From the sequence record PP886228: a stretch of 64,000 nucleotides of DNA; one strand, written 5' to 3'. The notes under the pieces are model-generated. The model was not told the origin of the DNA and did no database searches. It saw nothing but the letters and a program-made list of their open reading frames with translations. Position numbers and translations under genes: made by a program. Shown here piece by piece: positions 54,321 to 62,376 of the stretch (position 1 is its first letter; every line of letters begins with the position of its first letter). Source of the stretch: Escherichia phage vB_EcoM_D4.

Positions 54321-54586
54321 CAGAGAATGAAGATACTTTTTACGTAGAAGGTTACTTACTGTTACCACGACCAAAAGAAACTTATATGCGGATTGATTTC
54401 TCACCAACCATTATGGATAATGTGATGTGTCATATCTTTATGCAAGGTGTCACAGCACAGCTTAAGCACGTTGGTAAAGAGTGCAAAATAAAGGTTGACA
54501 CTCATCCAGAAATCAAAGAGAATCACTACACATGGTTCTTACCGGACTCTAAAGAAATCTTAGCAGTTCTTAAAACGAGGAAATGA
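54317..54586 (+). CDS. hypothetical protein
   Basis: 89-aa ORF. Confidence 0.3.
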   Translation: MTENEDTFYVEGYLLLPRPKETYMRIDFSPTIMDNVMCHIFMQGVTAQLKHVGKECKIKVDTHPEIKENHYTWFLPDSKEILAVLKTRK

Positions 54587-54897
54587 TTATGCAATTCCAG
54601 CCAACAAATCGTGGATTTTCTTATGCAGAATTTAAAGATGCTAAAGGAGAGATTTGTACTTTACAAGAAAGTTCATCATATGAACCATGTATCTGGTTAG
54701 GTGCTAAAGAGGTCTCTGTTCAGTACCTAGATGGTGGCTGGAAAACACTTGATATCCCAGCATTAGTAGGCAAAGATTTTGTAGGTAACCAAAGAATGAA
54801 GCTCAACCAAGAACAGGTGAAAGAGTTATTACCATACCTTCAGTACTTTGCTGAAAATGGTGAATTACCAACAGAGGAACTTACAAATGCAGATTAA
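54583..54897 (+). CDS. hypothetical protein
   Basis: 104-aa ORF. Confidence 0.3.
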   Translation: MIMQFQPTNRGFSYAEFKDAKGEICTLQESSSYEPCIWLGAKEVSVQYLDGGWKTLDIPALVGKDFVGNQRMKLNQEQVKELLPYLQYFAENGELPTEELTNAD

Positions 54898-55213
54898 TGG
54901 AAGAGACTTTGTAGCCGTTTACTACGAGAAAGATAAAGAAGTTGGCGTAGCACAAGTATCTTATGGTAATGGTAAGTGGTTGTATGGGACAATCGCAGTA
55001 GTCGGAACAAGAAGTGATACAAAAACTTTTAAAGACTGTGTTGACCTTCTTGAAGAATCCATCCATAATCATTGGTGTCTGATATGGATGACTGACAACG
55101 AAGTGATAGAACGCTTCAAAAAGATTGGTATCAACATTGATAGCATTGAGCATGTTGACTTGTATGAGCTAACTGAGAAGGTAAACTATGAAAGTAATAC
55201 TAGCCAGAGATAA
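54887..55213 (+). CDS. hypothetical protein
   Basis: Start set to ATG 54887 overlapping upstream stop. Confidence 0.3.
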   Translation: MQINGRDFVAVYYEKDKEVGVAQVSYGNGKWLYGTIAVVGTRSDTKTFKDCVDLLEESIHNHWCLIWMTDNEVIERFKKIGINIDSIEHVDLYELTEKVNYESNTSQR

Positions 55214-55421
55214 AAAGACCCGTAAGATTGTACGTTCAGCAGTATTCAAAGGGAGACATGAAGTCGTCCCGTTTGCAGGAGAAGATGTGTTAACTTACAA
55301 GAAGGTGATGAAACGTGAGTCCAGTAACCATTTCCGTGACTTCTTCTCTGAACCATTAGAAGATTTTAAAAGTCGTTGTGGTAAAGGTATCATCACTCAA
55401 GAGGTAATTATTCATGGCTGA
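55188..55421 (+). CDS. hypothetical protein
   Basis: 77-aa ORF. Confidence 0.3.
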   Translation: MKVILARDKKTRKIVRSAVFKGRHEVVPFAGEDVLTYKKVMKRESSNHFRDFFSEPLEDFKSRCGKGIITQEVIIHG

Positions 55422-55614
55422 CTTCTGCAAAGACTGCTCTATCGAAATGTTCGGACGTGATACAGGTGACTTAAAAGGTCTTATCACTGAAGATGACTTT
55501 AAAGCTGGCTATGCAATGCCAGTAATATGTGAAGGTTGTGGATGTATCTGGGTAGACCATGAAGGACAACGTGTAAAACCTTCAGAAGATAAAGAATCTT
55601 GGGAGAGATGCTAA
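55414..55614 (+). CDS. small Cys-rich protein
   Basis: CKDCS...CEGCGC. Confidence 0.3.
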   Translation: MADFCKDCSIEMFGRDTGDLKGLITEDDFKAGYAMPVICEGCGCIWVDHEGQRVKPSEDKESWERC

Positions 55615-56400
55615 ATGGGTATTGTAAAAATCATCAATGGGGATATCTTCTCCGCATTTGATAAAGGTAAGTTTGATATCATTGGTCACGGTTGCAACTG
55701 TATGAACTTAATGGGTGCAGGTATCGCTGCCAAGATTTCTAAACTTTACCCAAAAGCATATGAGACCGATACAGAAGTTTATCTGTATGCAGGTGGTATA
55801 GGCCACAAACCCTGTGAAAATTTACTAGGTAATTTCTCTGTAGCACGTTTAGAACAAGGCCGTATAGCTAACCTTTACACTCAGCTTAAGACTGGTAAAG
55901 ATGCCCGATACAGTGCTTTAGAGTCATCTTTGAAACAGCTTAACAGATACTGTGAAGTCAATCAGTTGAAGAAAGTTGGGTTACCTATGATTGGTGCAGG
56001 TATCGGTGGACTAGACCCTCAAGCCGTCGCAGTTATCATTAATCAGGTGATGAAGAGTGTAGATGTGTATCTGTATGTCTACGAAGGCGAGATGTACCAC
56101 AAGTTACGCTCAGGTTGGAAGAACTACTGTGAACCAGAATACTTTGCAGGTGTAGTAATGTTCACAGATGATACAGTTACCCTCTTCAGACGAAGAAAAG
56201 GTAAGATACATCAAAGTAACCCTCCGGTTGAGAAGATGTCTCTAAGTAACGCTCTAGTTACCCACCTGTCGAAGAGCAATCACAGAATTGCAGTAACATT
56301 TGGCAGTGATGCAGATACATATATCTATGCAAGAACTGATGAGGATGTTGAGGAAATTTTCTCTTCACCGGAAGTTACCTTCTTAGACGCAAAGAACTAA
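55615..56400 (+). CDS. macro-domain (ADP-ribose binding/hydrolysing) protein
   Basis: N-terminus IINGDIFSAF...DIIGHGCNCMNLMGAGIAAKI matches macro-domain NGDIT / G-rich loop layout. Confidence 0.5.
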   Translation: MGIVKIINGDIFSAFDKGKFDIIGHGCNCMNLMGAGIAAKISKLYPKAYETDTEVYLYAGGIGHKPCENLLGNFSVARLEQGRIANLYTQLKTGKDARYSALESSLKQLNRYCEVNQLKKVGLPMIGAGIGGLDPQAVAVIINQVMKSVDVYLYVYEGEMYHKLRSGWKNYCEPEYFAGVVMFTDDTVTLFRRRKGKIHQSNPPVEKMSLSNALVTHLSKSNHRIAVTFGSDADTYIYARTDEDVEEIFSSPEVTFLDAKN

Positions 56401-56469
56401 GAAACTCTGTAGAATATTCACAATAGACTAAGCCTTTCTTATCTGGTAAATTTTTCAGGTAAGGAGGGC

Positions 56470-56660
56470 TTTTTCATTTCAGGATTGTGCAGGCAGAGTT
56501 CTGTAGAGAAATCTGTAGAGAAAATTTTGAACTCCAAAGAGAAAATTCATTTTCAAACTGTGCAGGTAATCTCCAAAGAGCTTTTTCATTTTCAAAACGT
56601 GCAGACCCCGCTCAGGTCGGGCAAGAAAAATCATTTTAGAATTGTGCAGGTAGGTGGGTG
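56470..56660 (+). repeat. direct repeat array of about 40-45 bp units ending in GTGCAGG
   Basis: ttcatttcaggattgtgcagg, ttcattttcaaactgtgcagg, ttcattttcaaaacgtgcaga, tcattttagaattgtgcagg, plus ctccaaagag x2 and tctgtagagaaa x2. Confidence 0.6.
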
Positions 56661-56828
56661 CAGGTGGGGATGTCGCCATTTCTCACAAGGCTACCACATC
56701 TGGAAATAAAAGTCAACAGAAAAATTTGTAGCGGATTGAAAAATAATTCTTGATTATAGTTCTGTTTTGTGGTAGTCGCGTGCGCCCGTTTCATTACAGT
56801 TTTTGCAAAAATATTTTTAAAATTTTTC

Positions 56829-56857
56829 TTGACTCTCTGACTATGGTTATTTAATAT
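56829..56857 (+). promoter_or_regulatory. sigma70-type promoter heading the small-gene array
   Basis: TTGACT, 17-bp spacer, TAATAT; followed by ATCAACGGGG leader hairpin and conserved RBS. Confidence 0.55.
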
Positions 56858-56917
56858 TTGCATCAACGGGGGGCGATGACCTCCCAGCTAACTAACCTTA
56901 AACTAGGAGATTCAAAA

Positions 56918-57298
56918 ATGGCTTATCGTGCACCTAAATTCATCAACAAAGACAACTTTCGCAACGTACTGGAGAAGGCACTTGATGAAAAATTTAACGG
57001 TAAAATAATTGTTGTTCATGCGTTCAATTTCAAGTATGATATCAACGGGAATAAAATCAACCATTACACGGCAACCATGTTAGATGGTACGCTATCAAGT
57101 GAAAAAGCCGTACTGAATGCACTGGCAGGACGTGGTAAAAACCTGATAAAATGCGATAAGAGACGTTATCAGGGCGGCGCATATGGTTACGATGATGCTG
57201 TTTACCATCTTGAAAATATGGGCTATTCAGTGGAAAAAGCTGGAATATCTCAAATAATCGGCAGTGACGGCTATGTGACAATTTTCAAAATTAACTGA
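56918..57298 (+). CDS. array gene 1, hypothetical
   Basis: Start at ATG following conserved ctaggagattcaaaaATG; 126 aa. Confidence 0.45.
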   Translation: MAYRAPKFINKDNFRNVLEKALDEKFNGKIIVVHAFNFKYDINGNKINHYTATMLDGTLSSEKAVLNALAGRGKNLIKCDKRRYQGGAYGYDDAVYHLENMGYSVEKAGISQIIGSDGYVTIFKIN

Positions 57299-57306
57299 TA
57301 AAGTAC

Positions 57307-57341
57307 TTTACAAGGGGCTTATAGTTCGATAAAGTAAGCCC
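57307..57341 (+). promoter_or_regulatory. class-B promoter/hairpin module
   Basis: TTTACA, 17-bp spacer, TAAAGT; palindrome ggggctta...taagcccc spans spacer and -10. Confidence 0.45.
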
Positions 57342-57386
57342 CAGATAAAGAGCTTTACCACTAAATCCTAAATTGGAGATTCTAAA

Positions 57387-57644
57387 ATGGCTATTATCAA
57401 AAACGTTGTAATTACTGCAAAAACTCGTGATGACGCTCGCATTATGGCTAAAAAGTTATGCGGGAAAGTGATTGACAACGGAAAAAAATCTGCTGTAAGA
57501 TGGGGCGTGAAAGCTGATAAGCAACTAACCTTAAAACGTAATTCAAGCAACCTTTTTAAAGGTGTGGAAACACTTGGTAAAGTGAACGTATTCACTAAGC
57601 AAGGTTATAAAATGCACTTATCATTAACTGGTAAATTAATCTGA
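57387..57644 (+). CDS. array gene 2, small basic protein
   Basis: 85 aa after conserved RBS. Confidence 0.45.
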   Translation: MAIIKNVVITAKTRDDARIMAKKLCGKVIDNGKKSAVRWGVKADKQLTLKRNSSNLFKGVETLGKVNVFTKQGYKMHLSLTGKLI

Positions 57645-57652
57645 TAAAGTAC

Positions 57653-57687
57653 TTTACAAGGGGCTTAAAAGCTGATATCTTAAGCCC
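57653..57687 (+). promoter_or_regulatory. class-B promoter/hairpin module
   Basis: TTTACA, 17 bp, TATCTT; palindrome ggggcttaa...ttaagcccc. Confidence 0.45.
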
Positions 57688-57734
57688 CAGATAAAGAGCT
57701 TTACTACATTAACCTTAAACTAGGAGATTCAAAA

Positions 57735-58247
57735 ATGAAAACTGTAGACGCTACCTTTGAAGTTGTAAAAGAAAAATTTTCCATCATTTACGAAGCTGTT
57801 AACTGCTACGAAGCAAGCCATAGCCTTGATAATTGGAAATTTACAGATAATCATCAAGGTGGCGTGACTATTAAAAACCCCAACTATCGTTATAATGCTT
57901 TTAAATATGCAATCCCTTTACATTACAGCCTTAAACAGCTTTCGAGTGACTATGCAAAACAAGGCCGGGAAAACCCTTCAAAAGAGGCTTATATCAGCTT
58001 ACAAAGAGAACTAGAAAGGGATTTAGAGGCTTCAGCATATAATATTGCCGCGAAAGTTGTGGATGCAAACGGTAAAACGGTTTTAGAAAGTTTTTATACT
58101 GGTTACGCTTTTGATTGGGCATACAGTGACGGCGAAGATTTAGAGGATAGACTAAAAGAGGAGGTGAGCAATTCAGGCGCAGAATCTGAAGTATTAGAAC
58201 GCTTGGAAGCATTAAAAGATTCAGTGATGAATATCTTTAAGAACTAA
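57735..58247 (+). CDS. array gene 3, hypothetical
   Basis: 170 aa. Confidence 0.45.
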   Translation: MKTVDATFEVVKEKFSIIYEAVNCYEASHSLDNWKFTDNHQGGVTIKNPNYRYNAFKYAIPLHYSLKQLSSDYAKQGRENPSKEAYISLQRELERDLEASAYNIAAKVVDANGKTVLESFYTGYAFDWAYSDGEDLEDRLKEEVSNSGAESEVLERLEALKDSVMNIFKN

Positions 58248-58256
58248 ATAGATTTC

Positions 58257-58290
58257 TTTACACGGGGCTATCAAGCTGATAAGATAGCCC
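58257..58290 (+). promoter_or_regulatory. class-B promoter/hairpin module
   Basis: TTTACA, 17 bp, TAAGAT; palindrome ggggctatc...gatagcccc (compensatory arm changes). Confidence 0.45.
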
Positions 58291-58336
58291 CAGATAAAGA
58301 GCTTTATTAACTAACCTTAAACTAGGAGACTCAAAA

Positions 58337-58633
58337 ATGAAATTATCAAATAAAGTTAGGGAAAATCTAAGCAAGTTACTCAACAAAATTGATTTTATCG
58401 AGACATCAAGGAATAGTCATGATGTTATGGAATGGTTACACGGAAAAATCAAAGGCCGTCGTGTAGTGATTTGCTTATGGAATAGTTGCAGGGAATATAA
58501 AAAACCTGTATTACAAGTCAATATCTATGATGATACTTTTAAAAGCCATGTAAAGTCTAAAAGTGATTTATTAGAATCCTATGAGATAACTGTAAATGGC
58601 AAAGTATCACGTAAAGAGGAAACACCATGTTAA
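58337..58633 (+). CDS. array gene 4, hypothetical
   Basis: 98 aa. Confidence 0.45.
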   Translation: MKLSNKVRENLSKLLNKIDFIETSRNSHDVMEWLHGKIKGRRVVICLWNSCREYKKPVLQVNIYDDTFKSHVKSKSDLLESYEITVNGKVSRKEETPC

Positions 58634-58959
58634 TGACTGGTATCACTGCAATCATTGCCATTTTCGCGCTATATAAGGCATATAAAGCCTATAATCTAGC
58701 AAATAAGGCAATCACACAGCAGGTTAGCAATAGCCTTGTAGAAAGCTTTCTAGGGCGTCTCAGTGATGAGCAAATAAAGCGGTTAGAAATGAGCTTCAGA
58801 TTTCAATCGAGAACTTATCAAATCAGCGACATTTTCAAAGATGATTTTCAGCTTGTCGATGATTATAACTCCCTGATAAATGCTTTAAATATCAGTGACT
58901 TAAAAGACTATTACGCTGTAATTGTCCAAGAATTGAGCAAACGAAAAAATTTATCTTGA
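58627..58959 (+). CDS. array gene 5, membrane-anchored protein
   Basis: N-terminal TM helix GITAIIAIFALY; overlaps previous gene, no own promoter. Confidence 0.4.
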   Translation: MLMTGITAIIAIFALYKAYKAYNLANKAITQQVSNSLVESFLGRLSDEQIKRLEMSFRFQSRTYQISDIFKDDFQLVDDYNSLINALNISDLKDYYAVIVQELSKRKNLS

Positions 58960-59012
58960 TTTTGGTTTTTAAAACAAGTAAATTACTAATCAACGGGGAG
59001 GGAATGACCTTC
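58956..59012 (+). promoter_or_regulatory. class-A promoter plus leader hairpin
   Basis: TTGATT, 17 bp, TAAATT, then atcaacggggaggg aatgac cttcccc. Confidence 0.5.
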
Positions 59013-59050
59013 CCCCACTAAATAAAGTCCTTAAACTAGGAGATTCAAAA

Positions 59051-59323
59051 ATGTATACTACTAACAATGGTCGCACTTTAAACGTAACCCTGCGCCACTA
59101 TGTGAACGGTGTAATGCACTTCGAGGATTTACAAGCTGAACAACATATACTAGATTGGCAACTTGCAGGACTCCAAAAAACTGCTACCGGATACGGGAAA
59201 AAGATTCCAACTAGCTGGAAAGTATACTACGAAGGACGTTTGCGCAGAATTTATCAAGATGTATGCAGCAATAGCGCATCAAGTTACATCATGGTAAAAG
59301 GTGAAAAATTACACTTAGCATAA
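59051..59323 (+). CDS. array gene 6, hypothetical
   Basis: 90 aa. Confidence 0.45.
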   Translation: MYTTNNGRTLNVTLRHYVNGVMHFEDLQAEQHILDWQLAGLQKTATGYGKKIPTSWKVYYEGRLRRIYQDVCSNSASSYIMVKGEKLHLA

Positions 59324-59328
59324 AGTAC

Positions 59329-59363
59329 TTTACAAGGGGCTTATAGTTCGATAAAGTAAGCCC
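59329..59363 (+). promoter_or_regulatory. class-B promoter/hairpin module
   Basis: Identical to module at 57307. Confidence 0.45.
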
Positions 59364-59408
59364 CAGATAAAGAGCTTTATCACTCAATCCTAAATTGGAG
59401 ATTCTAAA

Positions 59409-59813
59409 ATGGCTATTAATAATCGTGAGTTATCAATCTTAAAAGCACGTTTGACCGTTAACCGGATTAATGTTATTACATCATCAGCACCTGATGAGAC
59501 ATTGCACAACATTATCGGGAAGATTCAAAGTGTTATCTTAGACGTTGAAAGCGTAAAAAACTCACTGGCTGACGTTGCAGCAGGTATCACGCTAGACGGT
59601 GCACAATATGAAATGGCTGACATGTTAGGCAAATCTAAGGTAATGAATAAAGAGCTTGATTTAAAAATGTTCCGCTTTGCCGTGAAAGTGTGGCTATCTG
59701 TCGAGTATGACGCAAATTTTGCAATCGCTGACTTTTTCGCAACATGGTTGCAACGTAATTTAACAAATCATGATTTTCGTGATATCTGCGACGTAATTTA
59801 CGCAGAACTTTAA
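59409..59813 (+). CDS. array gene 7, hypothetical
   Basis: 134 aa. Confidence 0.45.
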   Translation: MAINNRELSILKARLTVNRINVITSSAPDETLHNIIGKIQSVILDVESVKNSLADVAAGITLDGAQYEMADMLGKSKVMNKELDLKMFRFAVKVWLSVEYDANFAIADFFATWLQRNLTNHDFRDICDVIYAEL

Positions 59814-59824
59814 AAATTTCTCTT

Positions 59825-59881
59825 GATTTTGGTTTTTAAAACAAGTAAATTATTAATCAACGGGGAGGGAATGACCTTCCC
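59825..59881 (+). promoter_or_regulatory. class-A promoter plus leader hairpin
   Basis: Identical to module at 58956. Confidence 0.5.
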
Positions 59882-59916
59882 CACTAAGTAAAGTCCTTAA
59901 ACTAGGAGATTCAAAA

Positions 59917-60120
59917 ATGGCTATTATTAACGGCTTAAACATTGAAACTACTCACATCAAAGATATCAAAGTTGGTGATATAGTCCTTTTTCACGGCGTA
60001 GAAAAAACCGTCACTGAAAAGGATATCAAGGAGGATTCATTCATGGGCCGGACTCTCTTCGGTGATTCCTATTGCTTAGGTTACCTTGCAGTTTTAAAAG
60101 TTGTCAAAAATAACCGTTAA
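59917..60120 (+). CDS. array gene 8, hypothetical
   Basis: 67 aa. Confidence 0.4.
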   Translation: MAIINGLNIETTHIKDIKVGDIVLFHGVEKTVTEKDIKEDSFMGRTLFGDSYCLGYLAVLKVVKNNR

Positions 60121-60124
60121 AGTA

Positions 60125-60159
60125 CTTTACAAGGGGCTTATAGTTCGATAAAGTAAGCC
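60125..60159 (+). promoter_or_regulatory. class-B promoter/hairpin module
   Basis: Identical to module at 57307. Confidence 0.45.
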
Positions 60160-60206
60160 CCAGATAAAGAGCTTTACCACATTAATCCTAAACTGGAGAT
60201 TCAAAA

Positions 60207-60749
60207 ATGAAATGCTTTCACGGTACTACTCAAGAAAACTTCGTCAACCTGATTAATAACGGTGATAAACCATCAGGCGCATGGAATTGTTCGGATATGG
60301 ATGGCAATTTTTACGTTTATCCAGAAAATAAAATCTATGGCGACGATGAGGAAGAAATAATCTCTGAAGGCATTCAACAAGCTTTAGGTAATGCCACTAT
60401 AACGGCAGCTTTTCAGATGAAAACTCAAAACATTGTTATCTTGGAACTTGATATTCCAGAAGATGAGTTGAATGATGATTATTCTTGTGATAATATGTCG
60501 AGTGTGGCAAGTTTTACAGAGTATTTTGATATAAGCTGGATTAAAAAGGTTTATATCACTGAATTTAATGCTATGTTTTCACCTTTTTGTCTTCCTTCAC
60601 TGGATAACCCGAACTTAAACTATCTTGATGAGTCTCTGGAACTTCTCGCTAAAAGTGTTCAGCAATCGGACAGTATTCAGGTTTTTTGTGACATCATGGA
60701 TACACTAACAGGAAACATTGCAGAAGAGGATTTGAAGAGTTTTTTCTAA
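60207..60749 (+). CDS. array gene 9, acidic protein
   Basis: 180 aa, Asp/Glu-rich throughout. Confidence 0.45.
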   Translation: MKCFHGTTQENFVNLINNGDKPSGAWNCSDMDGNFYVYPENKIYGDDEEEIISEGIQQALGNATITAAFQMKTQNIVILELDIPEDELNDDYSCDNMSSVASFTEYFDISWIKKVYITEFNAMFSPFCLPSLDNPNLNYLDESLELLAKSVQQSDSIQVFCDIMDTLTGNIAEEDLKSFF

Positions 60750-60781
60750 AAACCTATGCAATCACCTTATAAACACTGATT

Positions 60782-60801
60782 AGCCCCTCACAGGGGCTTT
60801 T
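60782..60801 (+). terminator. terminator-like hairpin
   Basis: agcccctc acaggggct then TTT, followed by aggagg RBS. Confidence 0.4.
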
Positions 60802-60815
60802 AGGAGGCTTTAATC

Positions 60816-61049
60816 ATGCTTACAACCATTTACCTCATCCTTTCTATCTGTAATGGTCATTCGTGTGACTTTAAAGGGCTTGAAGAGTTTACAGGAAGTA
60901 AAGAAAATGCTATTCAAGTGTGCCAGATAGCAAGGCAAGACTATCCCGCCAGTGATGATATACAATGTTACTTTAAGACAGAAGATGAAGACGGTGTCTA
61001 TTTTGACAGCGTAGACGGTCAATATGAAATTATCATTGAAAAAGACTAG
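60816..61049 (+). CDS. array gene 10, hypothetical
   Basis: 77 aa, hydrophobic N-terminus. Confidence 0.4.
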   Translation: MLTTIYLILSICNGHSCDFKGLEEFTGSKENAIQVCQIARQDYPASDDIQCYFKTEDEDGVYFDSVDGQYEIIIEKD

Positions 61050-61067
61050 ACAAGCCTGATAAAAGTC

Positions 61068-61100
61068 TGTAAATTGTCAATCAACGGGAGGTAATAACCT
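61068..61100 (+). promoter_or_regulatory. class-A -10 and leader hairpin
   Basis: TAAATT then atcaacgggagg taataa cctcccc; -35 weak. Confidence 0.4.
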
Positions 61101-61138
61101 CCCCACTAAGTAAAGTCCTTAAACTAGGAGATTCAAAA

Positions 61139-61480
61139 ATGGCTTATGTAACCGTAATTACCGACAAAGCTGGCTCATCTTGGTCAACTCAAGTAAGCGA
61201 TAAGATGTCACCTATGAAGTGCCTAAAATACTTTGAGCAATGGAACAAAGGCGAGGATGTCAGCCCCTTTCAAGTGATGCAGATTATCCATACAGATAAC
61301 GAAGGGAATAAAACTGTTTTGAATAGTGAGTACTACGCAACCCGATTTGAAACGAGATGTAAAGCAATGAAGCTTTTGCGTGAGTCTGGTTATTCTCATA
61401 TTGCCTCACTAATCTGGGATGACCTGCTAAAAAATCAGCGTATCAGCTATGTAAAACCTGAAAAAATATTCATCAGTTAA
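61139..61480 (+). CDS. array gene 11, hypothetical
   Basis: 113 aa. Confidence 0.45.
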   Translation: MAYVTVITDKAGSSWSTQVSDKMSPMKCLKYFEQWNKGEDVSPFQVMQIIHTDNEGNKTVLNSEYYATRFETRCKAMKLLRESGYSHIASLIWDDLLKNQRISYVKPEKIFIS

Positions 61481-61512
61481 TCAACAACTTACAAAAAACT
61501 TTTAAAAAGATG

Positions 61513-61580
61513 TTGACAATCCCTCTTGACATTGGTAACTTTGTTCGAGGGGGTTTATCTAAAAGGGATTAACTTAAAAG
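61513..61580 (+). promoter_or_regulatory. conserved element with tandem TTGACA boxes (second copy)
   Basis: TTGACAatccctcTTGACAttggtaactttgttcgaggggg; aligns with 26062-26130. Confidence 0.4.
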
Positions 61581-61608
61581 ATTCTTTATAGATAAACTTA
61601 AAAAATTG

Positions 61609-61668
61609 CTTGCAATCAACTATCAAAACAAGTAAATTACTAATCAACGGGAGGGATAACCCCCCCCC
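61609..61668 (+). promoter_or_regulatory. class-A promoter plus leader hairpin with poly-C
   Basis: TTGCAA, 17 bp, TAAATT, atcaacgggaggg ataa cccccccc. Confidence 0.5.
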
Positions 61669-61815
61669 ACTAAATAAAGTCCTTAAACTAGGAGATTCAA
61701 AAAATGAACAAGTTCAAAGCTATCAACTTCATTCGTTCCCCCCCCACTAAATAAAGTCCTTAAACTAGGAGATTCAAAAAATGAACAAGTTCAAAGCTAT
61801 CAACTTCATTCGTTC
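61661..61815 (+). repeat. tandem duplication (78 + 77 bp) of leader-RBS-start codon segment
   Basis: Segment from poly-C tract through ...atgaacaagttcaaagctatcaacttcattcgttc occurs twice back to back; copies differ by one C. Confidence 0.8.
61704..61754 (+). pseudogene. truncated 16-codon duplicate of array gene 12 start
   Basis: MNKFKAINFIRSPPTK then stop; created by the duplication. Confidence 0.5.
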
Positions 61816-62311
61816 AAATAGTGTTATGTCAAAGCCTGTTAAAGATACCTATGAATTTCGTTGCAATGGGGTGCATTTTGCAACCATTACCAAATCAGAA
61901 AACGGAGCTTATTACATCCATCGCCGTAATGTTGCAACCGTTGTTGTCTCTCACTTTATGCAAGCTGTCGCGGAACTTCTCCCGATGTTTTTAGGGCTTT
62001 ACTTGGATGAGTGTAAAAACGTTCACAATCACGTTAAAAACCTTTTAAACAGTTATAAAATGGCTTATGAACGTTCTATCAAGTCCTTAAACAAGTTTTA
62101 CAACGCACCTAAAAATACTGTATCAATGGCCTACGATGTAAATGGTGAGGCGGTGAGTCTCTTTGAAGTGGAAGAAATCAAGCTGCATGATTTACGCCCT
62201 AGCGGTGACTCTAAGACTCTCGGTGAAGGTTTAACGTTCAATATCAAGAACTTAGAGAAAACTTTAAAAGATATTGAAAAAGATATTGACGAGACAACCA
62301 AAAATCTGTAA
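61781..62311 (+). CDS. array gene 12, hypothetical
   Basis: 176 aa. Confidence 0.45.
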   Translation: MNKFKAINFIRSNSVMSKPVKDTYEFRCNGVHFATITKSENGAYYIHRRNVATVVVSHFMQAVAELLPMFLGLYLDECKNVHNHVKNLLNSYKMAYERSIKSLNKFYNAPKNTVSMAYDVNGEAVSLFEVEEIKLHDLRPSGDSKTLGEGLTFNIKNLEKTLKDIEKDIDETTKNL

Positions 62312-62345
62312 ATTGTCAATCAACGGGAGGGAATGACCTTCCCCA
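62286..62345 (+). promoter_or_regulatory. class-A promoter plus leader hairpin
   Basis: TTGACG, 17 bp, TAAATT inside the 3' end of gene 12, then atcaacgggaggg aatgac cttcccc. Confidence 0.45.
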
Positions 62346-62376
62346 CTAAGTAAAGTCCTAAACTGGAGTTATCAAG

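Noticed and set aside
61500-61580. tRNA gene suggested by a GTTCGA-like T-loop motif (gttcgaggggg) and nearby hairpins; also checked ttcgataaag near 60140
   Set aside because: No acceptor-stem/anticodon-arm cloverleaf can be drawn; the motif lies inside promoter-like inverted repeats. No convincing tRNA found anywhere in the window.
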